Origin: an uncultured bacterium
GTDB lineage: Bacteria > Patescibacteriota > Minisyncoccia > Phycocordibacterales > UBA2100
Direction: 5' to 3'
Assembly (NCBI GenBank): GCA_903824595.1
Contig: CAIJXH010000002.1
Span: forward strand, 7,209 to 71,208
Length of the DNA stretch: 64,000 nucleotides
Both the position numbers and the translations under genes were made by a program. Positions 28,349-37,497 of the stretch are shown here, piece by piece (the stretch's first letter is position 1; every line of letters starts with the position of its first letter). The notes under the pieces are model-generated. The model was not told the origin of the DNA. It made no database searches and saw only the letters and a program-made list of their open reading frames with translations.

Positions 28349-29332
28349 TCAATCTTTCGATTCCGAACTCGGCGTCGGCACACCCGCACCCCTACGCAAT
28401 ATCGCAGCCGCATCAAGCAGTGTGTTGTTTGAGCGCACAAATGTCTCTTCTGAGCGTCCACGCAACACACTGACGCGATCAAGCGCTTCGGCGAGCGTCA
28501 TTTTCTCGCCTCGTCCAGATGCTTCCGTCACAATTTCTTTGGCAAGCGCAATTGCCGTGTGCACATCCGCCATTTCCGCTGTACGTTGCTGTTTTTCGAT
28601 CGCTCCACGCTCGGCATTTTTCTTCAGATCGCCTTCCGCTTCCACATTAGTGACATTGAGTCGGCGAATCTTGATTCCGAGATCGTGAATATCCGCAACG
28701 CCATTTTCGAGTGCCGATCGAAGGAATGTCTTTGCCGTATTTTCACTCGTAACCTGTTGGTCACTCACGCCGACCAATTCTTCAACAAGGAGCGCGGATA
28801 GCGTGTACTGACCAAGTGTCAGCTCCTCCCACGTCAATGTTGCACCATGCTGCCGTACCACCTCCTCAACCATATCTTCGAGAATCTTGTTGATCTTTGG
28901 GCGTCTGCCTCGATCCTGAAACTTCCTGAAACTCGCTGGACTGGTTGTATCGGGTACATAAACGACAGATACGTTCACGGTTACCGCGCCTCCACTGGCT
29001 TTCTCACCATCTTTGCTCAAGAGACACCGCACACCTTTTACTTCGATATCCATTTCTTCAGGTGTGATCTGCTCAACGATTAGCGTCTCAATGAATGGGA
29101 GAAGAAATACCCACCCTTCCCTTATTACTTCGTCGCAACGTCCACCAAGAAATGTAGGCGTCGCAACACTGGGAGGATTTGCAGACACCTCGTCGTAGCA
29201 CACAATAGCCAAAAGAGCAAAAACAAGAAGCAGCATGAGGCCAATAAACCATGGGAGTCTCGGGATCAAGAACAATGACACCGATGATGCCAACAAAACA
29301 AACAGTATCCACTCAGCAAAAGTCCTCGGCAT
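28349..29332 (-). CDS. SPFH/band-7 domain membrane protein
   Basis: Two N-terminal TM helices, IREGWVFLLPFIE, LGIKIRRLNVTNV, AE-rich coiled tail. Confidence 0.75.
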   Translation of the reverse strand: MPRTFAEWILFVLLASSVSLFLIPRLPWFIGLMLLLVFALLAIVCYDEVSANPPSVATPTFLGGRCDEVIREGWVFLLPFIETLIVEQITPEEMDIEVKGVRCLLSKDGEKASGGAVTVNVSVVYVPDTTSPASFRKFQDRGRRPKINKILEDMVEEVVRQHGATLTWEELTLGQYTLSALLVEELVGVSDQQVTSENTAKTFLRSALENGVADIHDLGIKIRRLNVTNVEAEGDLKKNAERGAIEKQQRTAEMADVHTAIALAKEIVTEASGRGEKMTLAEALDRVSVLRGRSEETFVRSNNTLLDAAAILRRGAGVPTPSSESKD

Positions 29333-29478
29333 GATCGCCTCCATCGGATTGGAACATTCCCTCACAGGGGATTTTTCTGCGGCGCATTATACAATAAAAT
29401 ATACAAAATGAAAACCCCGCGATATAGATCAAAATAACTGTTACCCAAACCCCTCCGGATAGATCAAAATTCGGTTTG

Positions 29479-29520
29479 TGGGGTCTGACCCCAAACATGA
29501 TGACCCCAAACATCAAACAT
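29479..29520. repeat. REP-like palindrome with adjacent short direct repeats
   Basis: TGGGGTC-T-GACCCCA, then TGACCCCAAACAT twice and CAAACAT three times. Confidence 0.65.
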
Positions 29521-29554
29521 GACGACGTATACAATATATGTCATACTTGACATT

Positions 29555-30583
29555 ATGAATGTCGATGTACTGACAAACACGGCTCGCGCGATGGTTGCTC
29601 ATGGTAAAGGCATTATCGCCGCCGACGAGAGTATCGACACCTGTAAAAAGCGTTTCGACGCGGTCGGATTGGAATGCACTGAAGAGAATCGCCGCTTATA
29701 CCGCCAAATCATTCTCACCGCACCGAAAATCGAGCAGTACGTGAGCGGCATTATTCTCTTCGACGAAACAATACGCCAAAAAAACGATGAGGGGATTCCA
29801 TTTGTCGACATACTCACGGCGCGCGGCATCCTCCCTGGCATCAAGGTAGACACAGGAACCTCCGCGCTTGCATTACACGAGAGAGAAAGCATAACGAATG
29901 GACTTGATGGTTTGAGAGAACGTCTTGCCGAATATGCGACATATGGCGCGCGATTTGCAAAATGGCGCGCCGTCATCGCCATCGATGCTGATATTCCATC
30001 AGAAGCATGCATCAAAGCAAATGCGCTCGCGCTCGCGCACTATGCAGCACTCTGTCAGGAAGCACATATCGTCCCCATCGTCGAACCAGAAGTCCTCATG
30101 ACGGGAGATCACACGATCGAGAGATGCGCCGAAGTGACTGAACATGTGCTAGAAGAAACAGGTGAGGAACTTTCGCGACAGGGAGTCGCCATCGGTGGCA
30201 TTATCCTCAAACCAAGCATGGTGATCGCAGGCAGCAATGCCGCAAATCAATCTACCCCGAAAGAGGTCGCTGATTTCACGGTGCGCGTCCTCAGCGCAAC
30301 AGTCCCCCGCGAGCTTCCCGGTATCACGTTTCTCTCTGGCGGTCAGAGCGACGAACAAGCAACCGCCAATCTACAGGCGATGAATGCGCTCGGCACACAT
30401 CCATGGAAACTCTCGTTCTCATACGGGCGCGCCATCCAAAACCCCGCTCTCGCCATCTGGGCATCAGACACTCAAGAAAACGTCGCAAAAGCACAAGAAG
30501 CACTCCTCTTCCGTTGCAAAATGAACTCGCTCGCTGCCCAAGGAACATACGACGCGTCGATGGAAGAATCGCGCACCTACTGA
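29555..30583 (+). CDS. fructose-bisphosphate aldolase class I
   Basis: KGIIAADES, GIKVDTG, FAKWRAV, VPIVEPEV, FLSGGQS, FSYGRA. Confidence 0.97.
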   Translation: MNVDVLTNTARAMVAHGKGIIAADESIDTCKKRFDAVGLECTEENRRLYRQIILTAPKIEQYVSGIILFDETIRQKNDEGIPFVDILTARGILPGIKVDTGTSALALHERESITNGLDGLRERLAEYATYGARFAKWRAVIAIDADIPSEACIKANALALAHYAALCQEAHIVPIVEPEVLMTGDHTIERCAEVTEHVLEETGEELSRQGVAIGGIILKPSMVIAGSNAANQSTPKEVADFTVRVLSATVPRELPGITFLSGGQSDEQATANLQAMNALGTHPWKLSFSYGRAIQNPALAIWASDTQENVAKAQEALLFRCKMNSLAAQGTYDASMEESRTY

Positions 30584-30598
30584 CTGACAAACCTCTTG

Positions 30599-30671
30599 TG
30601 CTTGGGGCCGGGGTCGAACCGGCGACCCTTCCCTCTTCAGGGGAATGCTCTACCAACTGAGCTACCCAAGC
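30599..30671 (-). tRNA. tRNA-Phe(GAA)
   Basis: Cloverleaf with anticodon loop CTGAAGA; CCA not encoded. Confidence 0.95.
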
Positions 30672-30705
30672 ATCCACCTCACTCTACCACAAAGCAATTT
30701 TTTGT

Positions 30706-32418
30706 TCATCTGTCTGGCGGAATTGCATAGTAGTTTATGAGATATCGCGCCAAGGAGTCGAACGGATGTGCGAGAGATGCCGATGCATATTCAACACCAT
30801 GCGGCTCAACCGCAAACAAAAAGATAATAAATTTCGGATCATGCGCGGGGAAATATCCAAAAAATGAATGAAGATAGCGATCGGTATAATATCCACCTCC
30901 GCCAGGTATCGCGATTTGCGCCGTGCCTGTTTTTGCCGCAATCGAATAATGCTCTTGTTTTATCGCACCCTTGAGGAGAGCATTGTCATACACACGCACG
31001 AGCATCGTCGTAACGGCATCCACGCTGTCAGGCTTGAGTACGCGACGCCCTTGTTCTAGAGAAACTTCACGCGTTATCCCGCTCTCAAACTGTACCGCCT
31101 TGACGATATGAGGACGCGGCAACACTCCACCGTTGGCGAGCGCCGCAAGCGCCCTAATCATCTCAACACCCGTGACGGCGACACCTTGTCCGAATGAAGC
31201 ACTCGCATAATCAACATCATACCCATGGTCAATCGCGCGAATATTTCCCATTGCCTCGCTCGGAACATCGACCCCCGTTTTCTCGCCCAAACCATATGCG
31301 TGCATATAGTTGCCAAAGATAGTATGCCCCATCGTATCTACGATAAATGTAACGCCGAGATTGAGTGATTGACTCAATATTTCTTGCATCAAAACCCGCC
31401 CGCGCGCCTTGCCATCGTAATTACAGATCTTTTTGCCGCTACGCTCGATACAACCCGTATCATCGTACATCGTATTGGGATTGATCGCTCCCGTATCAAT
31501 GCCCGCCGCCATCGTCAATGGCTTCATGATAGAACCCATCTCGTAATCGCCCTCAACGAGCTGATTGCTAAATAGTGAAACGTTGTCGATGGTATTGTAT
31601 GTATTTGGATCAAAACCAGGTCGTTCTCCCATTGCATATATCTCACCCGTGTGCGGATCCATAATAATACCGCCCGCGATTTTCGGGGTGTACGTTTTCA
31701 TGACTCCATCAAGAGTTTCTTCGAGTTCACGTTGCACCGATGGTTCGATTGACGTGATAATGTTTCCCGTGTGCGCAGCGGGATCAAAAGACAACGCCGA
31801 CTGCACATTTGCGAATATTTCAGCGAACGGATTCACCGCCGTACCGGACACTGTCTCGGCTAGAGTATCTTGCCACGAGCGCTCCAATCCATACACACCC
31901 ACGCGCGCATTCCCCTGATATCCGACAAATCCAATCACATGACCAGCCAGTTCACCCGCAGGATACATACGCCACTGATCTTGCACAGGAATGACGCCGG
32001 GCAGTTTTGCCGCATTGATCTTTGTCATGGCGCTATCAGACACATGAAATGCTATTTCTTCATAGGGATCGTCTTTTTTTGCAAGAGCAGCATCATAGCG
32101 CGCCCGATCTATCGGCGTAGCCGCATTGAGTACGGCATACGTCCGTTCCGCATCAACAATATCTCCCGGCTTGAGCGCAACGCGCCATCCCGTCTGTGTT
32201 ACCGCCGCCGCAACAAGTGATCCATCTTTTTGAGTGAAAAAAATGTCATGACGATAAATAGTATCCGGACCTTGATTGACATACTGCCCCATCGCCTGTC
32301 GACTATAATCTTCTCCGTGAACTAGCTGTATGAAATAAAGACGAACAATAAGCAGTGCCGCAACAAGAATGAAAAGACCCGACAAAAATCGGGTCCGCGT
32401 GACGATGTTAGATTTCAT
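30706..32418 (-). CDS. ftsI: class B penicillin-binding protein (FtsI-like)
   Basis: SIMK, SLN, KTGTAQ motifs; dcw cluster position. Confidence 0.9.
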   Translation of the reverse strand: MKSNIVTRTRFLSGLFILVAALLIVRLYFIQLVHGEDYSRQAMGQYVNQGPDTIYRHDIFFTQKDGSLVAAAVTQTGWRVALKPGDIVDAERTYAVLNAATPIDRARYDAALAKKDDPYEEIAFHVSDSAMTKINAAKLPGVIPVQDQWRMYPAGELAGHVIGFVGYQGNARVGVYGLERSWQDTLAETVSGTAVNPFAEIFANVQSALSFDPAAHTGNIITSIEPSVQRELEETLDGVMKTYTPKIAGGIIMDPHTGEIYAMGERPGFDPNTYNTIDNVSLFSNQLVEGDYEMGSIMKPLTMAAGIDTGAINPNTMYDDTGCIERSGKKICNYDGKARGRVLMQEILSQSLNLGVTFIVDTMGHTIFGNYMHAYGLGEKTGVDVPSEAMGNIRAIDHGYDVDYASASFGQGVAVTGVEMIRALAALANGGVLPRPHIVKAVQFESGITREVSLEQGRRVLKPDSVDAVTTMLVRVYDNALLKGAIKQEHYSIAAKTGTAQIAIPGGGGYYTDRYLHSFFGYFPAHDPKFIIFLFAVEPHGVEYASASLAHPFDSLARYLINYYAIPPDR

Positions 32419-32815
32419 TGTGTGGAACCGATAGAGAAGCCGCGGCAGCATTGCCAAGACGATGCACGTATGCCACGTGCGCCACGGGTACTAGTCCGAG
32501 TTCGCCTGCCGACTCAGGTGATATACCCGCAGATGCAGCAAAATATGCACGCTCTAACTCCGACACATCGGTCGAGAGATGCGTTGTGTGCACGGCAGTC
32601 TCCCGACGCGCCACGACGTTGAGCACGGTCGCGCTGACGAGATACACATAACAAAACGCGAGACAAATCAACGCGCCCGCCAGAACTCGCAACATCATAC
32701 GTTCAGCAGGATGTTCGATAGTGAGCGAAAATCCTTTTGGCGCCACAAACACAAGCCTCCCCTGAAACACGGAGGGCGTATATCTAGACATGCGCGTATT
32801 GACACGAGATCCCAT
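32408..32815 (-). CDS. FtsL-like bitopic cell division protein
   Basis: Single TM, short coiled coil, A.ELGL motif; between rsmH and ftsI. Confidence 0.6.
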   Translation of the reverse strand: MGSRVNTRMSRYTPSVFQGRLVFVAPKGFSLTIEHPAERMMLRVLAGALICLAFCYVYLVSATVLNVVARRETAVHTTHLSTDVSELERAYFAASAGISPESAGELGLVPVAHVAYVHRLGNAAAASLSVPHNEI

Positions 32816-32825
32816 GATATAAAAA

Positions 32826-33773
32826 TTAGGTGCTGATTTTTTGGATGATTCGTAATTTCGCGCTCCTTGCGCGAGGATTCTGCGCCAATTCTCCCGCACT
32901 CGCAACAATCGGCTTTTTTGTGATACGCATACCAACTCCGCTGTCTTCCCATTCCGCATACTGTCTTTTCACCACCCTATCTTCGATGCTGTGGAACGAT
33001 ATAACTGCAATACGTCCATCTGGCACCATAAGATTCCACGCACGTCTAAGACCTTCCGAGAGCGCGCCAAGTTCGTCATTTACCGCAATGCGCAGCGCTT
33101 GAAACGTTTTAGTAGCTGGATGAATACGTCCGTGACGCGCCGACCCAGGTACCGCCAAGCGAACGATTTCCGCCAATTCACCAGATGTCTTGATGAGTCG
33201 CCGCTGCCTCGCGTCAACGATAGAGCGCGCTATCCGTCGGGCATATCGCTCCTCGCCCCAGCCATAAATGACATCGGCAATACTTTCTTCAGCCCATTCA
33301 TTCACAATAATCGCAGCAGTAAGCGGTCGCAGTCCCGTTGGCGCATACGTCATCGCGAGCGGCTCATCGCGCAGGAAAGAAAAACCTCTCCCTGCATCCA
33401 ACTGATACGAGCTCCACCCGAGATCGAACACCGCTTTCGAAATCATCTCGATACCGAGTCGCGATAGCTCGTGTGAAATGGTACGAAAGTCGGCATTCAC
33501 GAGATGCACTTGCGGTCGTGCGCCCGAAAGCGCATCTCGTGCCCGCTCAATCGCATCAGGATCCAGATCGAAACCGATCAAGACACCATCCGCCCCGAGC
33601 TTCTCCGCAATCGCGCGGGCGTGCCCCGCGCCACCGAGGGTCGCATCGACGACACAGTCGTCAGAAGCAATCGCCAACGATTCAAGAGTCTCATGTAAAA
33701 GAACAGGGATATGACGATCGACGTTGCCTGACAACGTCGGATCGCTGGAAGATTGTGAGCGTCGTGTGCGCAT
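32826..33773 (-). CDS. rsmH: 16S rRNA m4C1402 methyltransferase
   Basis: HIPVLL, DATLGGAGH, DLGWSSYQL, HPATKTFQALRI, SFHSIEDR, NPRARSAKLR. Confidence 0.97.
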   Translation of the reverse strand: MRTRRSQSSSDPTLSGNVDRHIPVLLHETLESLAIASDDCVVDATLGGAGHARAIAEKLGADGVLIGFDLDPDAIERARDALSGARPQVHLVNADFRTISHELSRLGIEMISKAVFDLGWSSYQLDAGRGFSFLRDEPLAMTYAPTGLRPLTAAIIVNEWAEESIADVIYGWGEERYARRIARSIVDARQRRLIKTSGELAEIVRLAVPGSARHGRIHPATKTFQALRIAVNDELGALSEGLRRAWNLMVPDGRIAVISFHSIEDRVVKRQYAEWEDSGVGMRITKKPIVASAGELAQNPRARSAKLRIIQKIST

Positions 33774-33831
33774 GACGATGTTGATCCTCCAGCTATCCGA
33801 TGCAATCAGACCTTCGGTTTTTGGACATACT

Positions 33832-34266
33832 CTAAAAAGCGCCTATCTCTCCAAGCTTCTCTGCAAGCGCATCCGCATTCTTTTCGATACGCTGCTTGTA
33901 GCTCTTCCATGCCTCTTTGTCCCAAATCTCGACCCGATCCGACACGCCCGCAAAGACAACATCCCGCTTCAATCCGGCAAATTCTTTCTGATGGTCCGGA
34001 ATGAGAATGCGCCCCGCGCCATCGGCTTCCACTTCCGCCGCACCCGAAAGAATGAAGCGACTGAAGCCGCGCGTGTCTGCCTGCGTGAAGGAAAGCGCGT
34101 CGAGCTTGCTTGCGACTTTCTCCCAGCCATTTCGCGGGTAGACGAAGAGACAATTATCAAGACCGCGCGTAATCACCATCTTTTTTCCAAGCGCCGATCG
34201 AAATGCCTTCGGAAGCATCACTCGTTTCTTTTCGTCCAACGTGTGTTCGTATTCGCCGATAAGCAT
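33832..34266 (-). CDS. mraZ: division/cell wall cluster repressor
   Basis: GEYEHTLDEKKR, D.AGRILIP, RVEIWD. Confidence 0.96.
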   Translation of the reverse strand: MLIGEYEHTLDEKKRVMLPKAFRSALGKKMVITRGLDNCLFVYPRNGWEKVASKLDALSFTQADTRGFSRFILSGAAEVEADGAGRILIPDHQKEFAGLKRDVVFAGVSDRVEIWDKEAWKSYKQRIEKNADALAEKLGEIGAF

Positions 34267-34277
34267 AAAATTATTTA

Positions 34278-34321
34278 CCACTTTTTCCCACTGCAATGGA
34301 GTATATACCACTATACCCCAC
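34278..34321 (-). promoter_or_regulatory. MraZ-binding direct repeats
   Basis: GTGG on the minus strand at 34278, 34288, 34308, 34318 (10-bp phase) just upstream of mraZ. Confidence 0.75.
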
Positions 34322-34369
34322 CGCAAGACAGTTATCCACACTTCGACTCGCTCCATGGATATTCTCAAT

Positions 34370-34403
34370 AAAAAATCCGGCTTGGCGCACTACCAAGCCG
34401 GAT
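34370..34403 (-). terminator. intrinsic terminator
   Basis: ATCCGGCTTGG-7nt-CCAAGCCGGAT with a T tract on the minus strand. Confidence 0.8.
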
Positions 34404-34408
34404 AACAC

Positions 34409-34627
34409 TTACAAAAGATCAACCTCCAGTGCGACTTTCTTCTTTTTTGGGCCGACCGTACCCACCTCAAAGGTCACGTCGAGCCCTTCGAGAAGTGTTA
34501 CCTCTCGGCGATACGACCGAACTTCGAGCGTCTCTTTGCCCCTGGAGCCGTCCAAATTATATGCACGGACTTTCCAAGAATTTCGAAAGGGTCCGACCAC
34601 AAACCCTTCGAATCTTTCTTGACTCAT
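34409..34627 (-). CDS. small protein, possibly divergent cold-shock/OB fold
   Basis: AAGGAG SD, terminator; C-terminus LLEGLDVTFEVG...KKVALEV resembles CSP C-terminal strands. Confidence 0.55.
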   Translation of the reverse strand: MSQERFEGFVVGPFRNSWKVRAYNLDGSRGKETLEVRSYRREVTLLEGLDVTFEVGTVGPKKKKVALEVDLL

Positions 34628-35003
34628 GCTCATCTCCTTCTGTGAAGGAGGAAAATTTACAAACGACCGTGAGGTCGTCTAAAATTTTTACTCCCTTCAA
34701 CTTCTCGAGCCCACGAAACTGCTCGTGGGCCAACCCCCAAAACATGTCTCCTGGGCGGATTATTTCCGCCATTCTCTCTGCCATATATGCCCTCATGCGG
34801 GCATCTTGTGCATGCCCGAGCATATGATGCTCGGAAAACGTCTCGGCATCGAGACGCAATTGGGACGCCCTTCTCCTTGTCTCCGCAACCTCCCGATGAA
34901 ACATCATCAGGAGCATTTCGGCATGATGAAGTCGTCCTACGACGACTTCATCACTTCCAATCTCAATGGCGACTTTTTGTTCCAGAAAGAATCCGTCGTC
35001 CAT
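34557..35003 (-). CDS. hypothetical protein
   Basis: Plausible composition; overlaps the next ORF by about 70 nt. Confidence 0.4.
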   Translation of the reverse strand: MDDGFFLEQKVAIEIGSDEVVVGRLHHAEMLLMMFHREVAETRRRASQLRLDAETFSEHHMLGHAQDARMRAYMAERMAEIIRPGDMFWGLAHEQFRGLEKLKGVKILDDLTVVCKFSSFTEGDEHESRKIRRVCGRTLSKFLESPCI

Positions 35004-35121
35004 CCCTTTGTGCCTTTTTTCCACTGAACATTTCCGGCCAATCCGGAAACGCAGTGCGGCATTTGTAACACGATGCGCGCCTATCTGTCAAACATGTCGT
35101 GATGTGGTACTTTTGTCGGAC

Positions 35122-36738
35122 ATGCTGACGATCCTGAAGCACGCCACCGATGAAGCGCTTGCCGACATACGCAATGAAATGCGTGTGCGCCAAACGACGA
35201 AGTTCATTCTGCTATTTTCTATGGGCAGCCAGTTTGATCACCTCATCGTGCGGCAGCTCGCCACGCTCGGCATCTACTGCGTCGTCGCCGACCCGTCGAG
35301 CGTGACGGCGGATGATGTGAAAAAAGCCGCTCCGGCGGGCATTATCGTCTCCGGTGGCCCTGCATCGGTGTACAACGAGCCGCCGCCGTTTGACGGCGCG
35401 ATTTTCGATCTCGGCATTCCCACCTTCGGCATCTGTCTCGGATTTCAGATGTTGGCACAGCGTGTGGGCGCGAGCGTCACCCCGCAAACGAAACGTGAAT
35501 TCGGCGTGCACACCTTCCGCGCAGCCGGCAACGATCCGCTTTTCGATGGAGTAGCGCGCGAGACGCAGGTGCTCGAGAGCCATGGCGATGCGGTCAATGC
35601 CGATGCGTCGTTTGACATACTAGGCACCACCGAGAATGCTCCCGTCGCCGCAGGTCGGCACAAGCATCTCTGGGGCGTGCAGTTCCACCCAGAAGTTACC
35701 GATTCACTGGAAGGCATGAAGATGTTTGAAAATTTCTGCGTGAAGATATGCGGCATCACCGACCGCTTCCCCGCACACAGCGTCGCCGAACAAAAAATCG
35801 CCGCGCTCAAAAAGCAGGTCGCCGGCAAAAAAGTCTTGATCGCTCTTTCCGGCGGCTCCGATTCCTCCGTCGTTGCCTATCTCCTCAAAGCCGCTCTCTC
35901 GCAAGAAAATCCGAGAGGTGACACCTCTCGGATGACAGGGATATATATTCGTGGCATAGACAGACCAGATGATGAGGCGTACGTGCAAAAATACTTCGGC
36001 ACTCAGGACTGGATTGAGGTGAAGATTTGCGATGCGACCGATCGTTTCCTCGAGGTATTGAGAGGAAAACTCACCATGCCCGAAAAACGCCTCGCCATGC
36101 GCGGCGTGTACAAAAACGTACTCGAAACCGAGATCGAAAAGATGGGTGCCGATTTCATCGCGCAAGGCACACTCTACACCGATCTCGTGGAAAGCGGGCA
36201 CGGGCACGACACCGGCGCTCGGCGCGCGCAGATAAAATTGCATCACAACACTGATCTCGGATTTTCCGTCCCCGAGCTCTCTCCGCTCGAGACCGAGGTG
36301 AAAGATTCCGCGCGATCGATCGGTCGCGACATCGGAGTGCCCGAAGATTTGCTCATCCGCCACCCATTCCCCGGACCGGGCTTAGTGGTGCGCATCGAGG
36401 GCGAGGTCAACGCCGAGACGCTCGCGATCGCCCGCGCCGCCGACGGGATCTACGTGGAAGAGCTGCGCGCGGCGGGGTTGTACCCAAGCGTGTGGCAAGC
36501 AGGTGCCACGCTCACCCGCTCCGAGCACTCGGTATCCAAAGGCGACGACGCGGGCACCGGGCACGTGCTCGCGCTCTGGGCAGTGTGGAGTGTGAATGGA
36601 TTTACTGCGCGTTTTGCCGAGCTTCCCTACGATTTCCTCGCCCGCGTATCGCGCCGCATCACCAACGAAATCCGCGCCGTCGGCGCCGTCGTCTACCGCA
36701 TCTCCGACAAACCGCCCGCGACGATCGAATGGGGGTGA
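35122..36738 (+). CDS. guaA: GMP synthase (glutamine-hydrolysing)
   Basis: GICLGFQ, GVQFHPEV, SGGSDS, QGTLYTD, RHPFPGPGL, KPPATIEW. Confidence 0.96.
   Translation: MLTILKHATDEALADIRNEMRVRQTTKFILLFSMGSQFDHLIVRQLATLGIYCVVADPSSVTADDVKKAAPAGIIVSGGPASVYNEPPPFDGAIFDLGIPTFGICLGFQMLAQRVGASVTPQTKREFGVHTFRAAGNDPLFDGVARETQVLESHGDAVNADASFDILGTTENAPVAAGRHKHLWGVQFHPEVTDSLEGMKMFENFCVKICGITDRFPAHSVAEQKIAALKKQVAGKKVLIALSGGSDSSVVAYLLKAALSQENPRGDTSRMTGIYIRGIDRPDDEAYVQKYFGTQDWIEVKICDATDRFLEVLRGKLTMPEKRLAMRGVYKNVLETEIEKMGADFIAQGTLYTDLVESGHGHDTGARRAQIKLHHNTDLGFSVPELSPLETEVKDSARSIGRDIGVPEDLLIRHPFPGPGLVVRIEGEVNAETLAIARAADGIYVEELRAAGLYPSVWQAGATLTRSEHSVSKGDDAGTGHVLALWAVWSVNGFTARFAELPYDFLARVSRRITNEIRAVGAVVYRISDKPPATIEWG
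35909..35933. repeat. 25-bp palindromic element, copy 4 (in guaA, compensatory variant)
   Basis: ATCCGAGAGG-TGACA-CCTCTCGGAT; encodes NPRGDTSRM. Confidence 0.9.
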
Positions 36739-36832
36739 GATCGTACACAGGAATTCTCCATGTGCGTGCCATACAATCCTTGCACTTTCGTAGTTTTCAT
36801 GTACGTTTTCGAGTAGCATACATGTTCTTTTT

Positions 36833-37453
36833 TTGGAGGATGAGATGACCGAGGCGTTCATTGCACAACTTACAGAACACGACCTCACGGAGGTTGCCGT
36901 GCATCACACTTTGAGACAGGTTCTAGGATACGGAGACGCACTATACATCACCGTTGAATCACCAGGCTCGTATCTTGAACATCGAAGTATGGCAAACCTA
37001 CTTGAGCGTTTTGACGAAGACGGGGATGAGGAAAAATACCACGAAATCTCAGGTAGATTTCTCGGGATTGCGCGCGCTCTCAACATACGTCTCAACATTG
37101 AGCCATACCTCAACGTGATCAGGAATGTGTCCGAGACTGGTTACAGGGATTTCGTCATAAGCCGTGGCTCATACCTCACTGCACTTATGGTGACAAAAAA
37201 ATTGGAGCATTTGGGATTTACACTGGTAGATTCGGCGACATTCATAAAGATGGATGCTCGCGGTGTTATCGATCGCGATGCAACAAAACTTGCGTGGCAA
37301 CAATTACGTGTCACCGGAAAATTGGTTATCCCTAGCACATATGGATCTAATCCTGATAAGTCTATACACATATGCAATTCAAGAACCGTAATAACAGCGC
37401 TCGCGGAACTACTCGCCAGTTCTGGAATGTACGAGCGAGTCGTCATCGTATAA
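36833..37453 (+). CDS. degenerate aspartokinase-like (amino acid kinase family) protein
   Basis: DFVISRGSYL, GFTLVDSATFI, LVIPSTYGSNPD resemble LysC; KFGG and RGGSD motifs absent. Confidence 0.55.
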   Translation: MEDEMTEAFIAQLTEHDLTEVAVHHTLRQVLGYGDALYITVESPGSYLEHRSMANLLERFDEDGDEEKYHEISGRFLGIARALNIRLNIEPYLNVIRNVSETGYRDFVISRGSYLTALMVTKKLEHLGFTLVDSATFIKMDARGVIDRDATKLAWQQLRVTGKLVIPSTYGSNPDKSIHICNSRTVITALAELLASSGMYERVVIV

Positions 37454-37464
37454 CTCCACACGTC

Positions 37465-37497
37465 AACGCCCCATATCCATTATGGGGCGTTCTTTTT
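37465..37497. terminator. intrinsic terminator between convergent genes
   Basis: AACGCCCCATA...TATGGGGCGTT followed by a T tract. Confidence 0.8.

Noticed and set aside
33727-33740. CCTGACAACGTCGG in the rsmH N-terminal extension, similar to the hairpin at 1250
   Set aside because: Short, imperfect match; may be chance and the rsmH start is uncertain.
34332-34340. Replication origin
   Set aside because: Only one perfect DnaA box, no cluster, no AT-rich unwinding element, no dnaA/dnaN.
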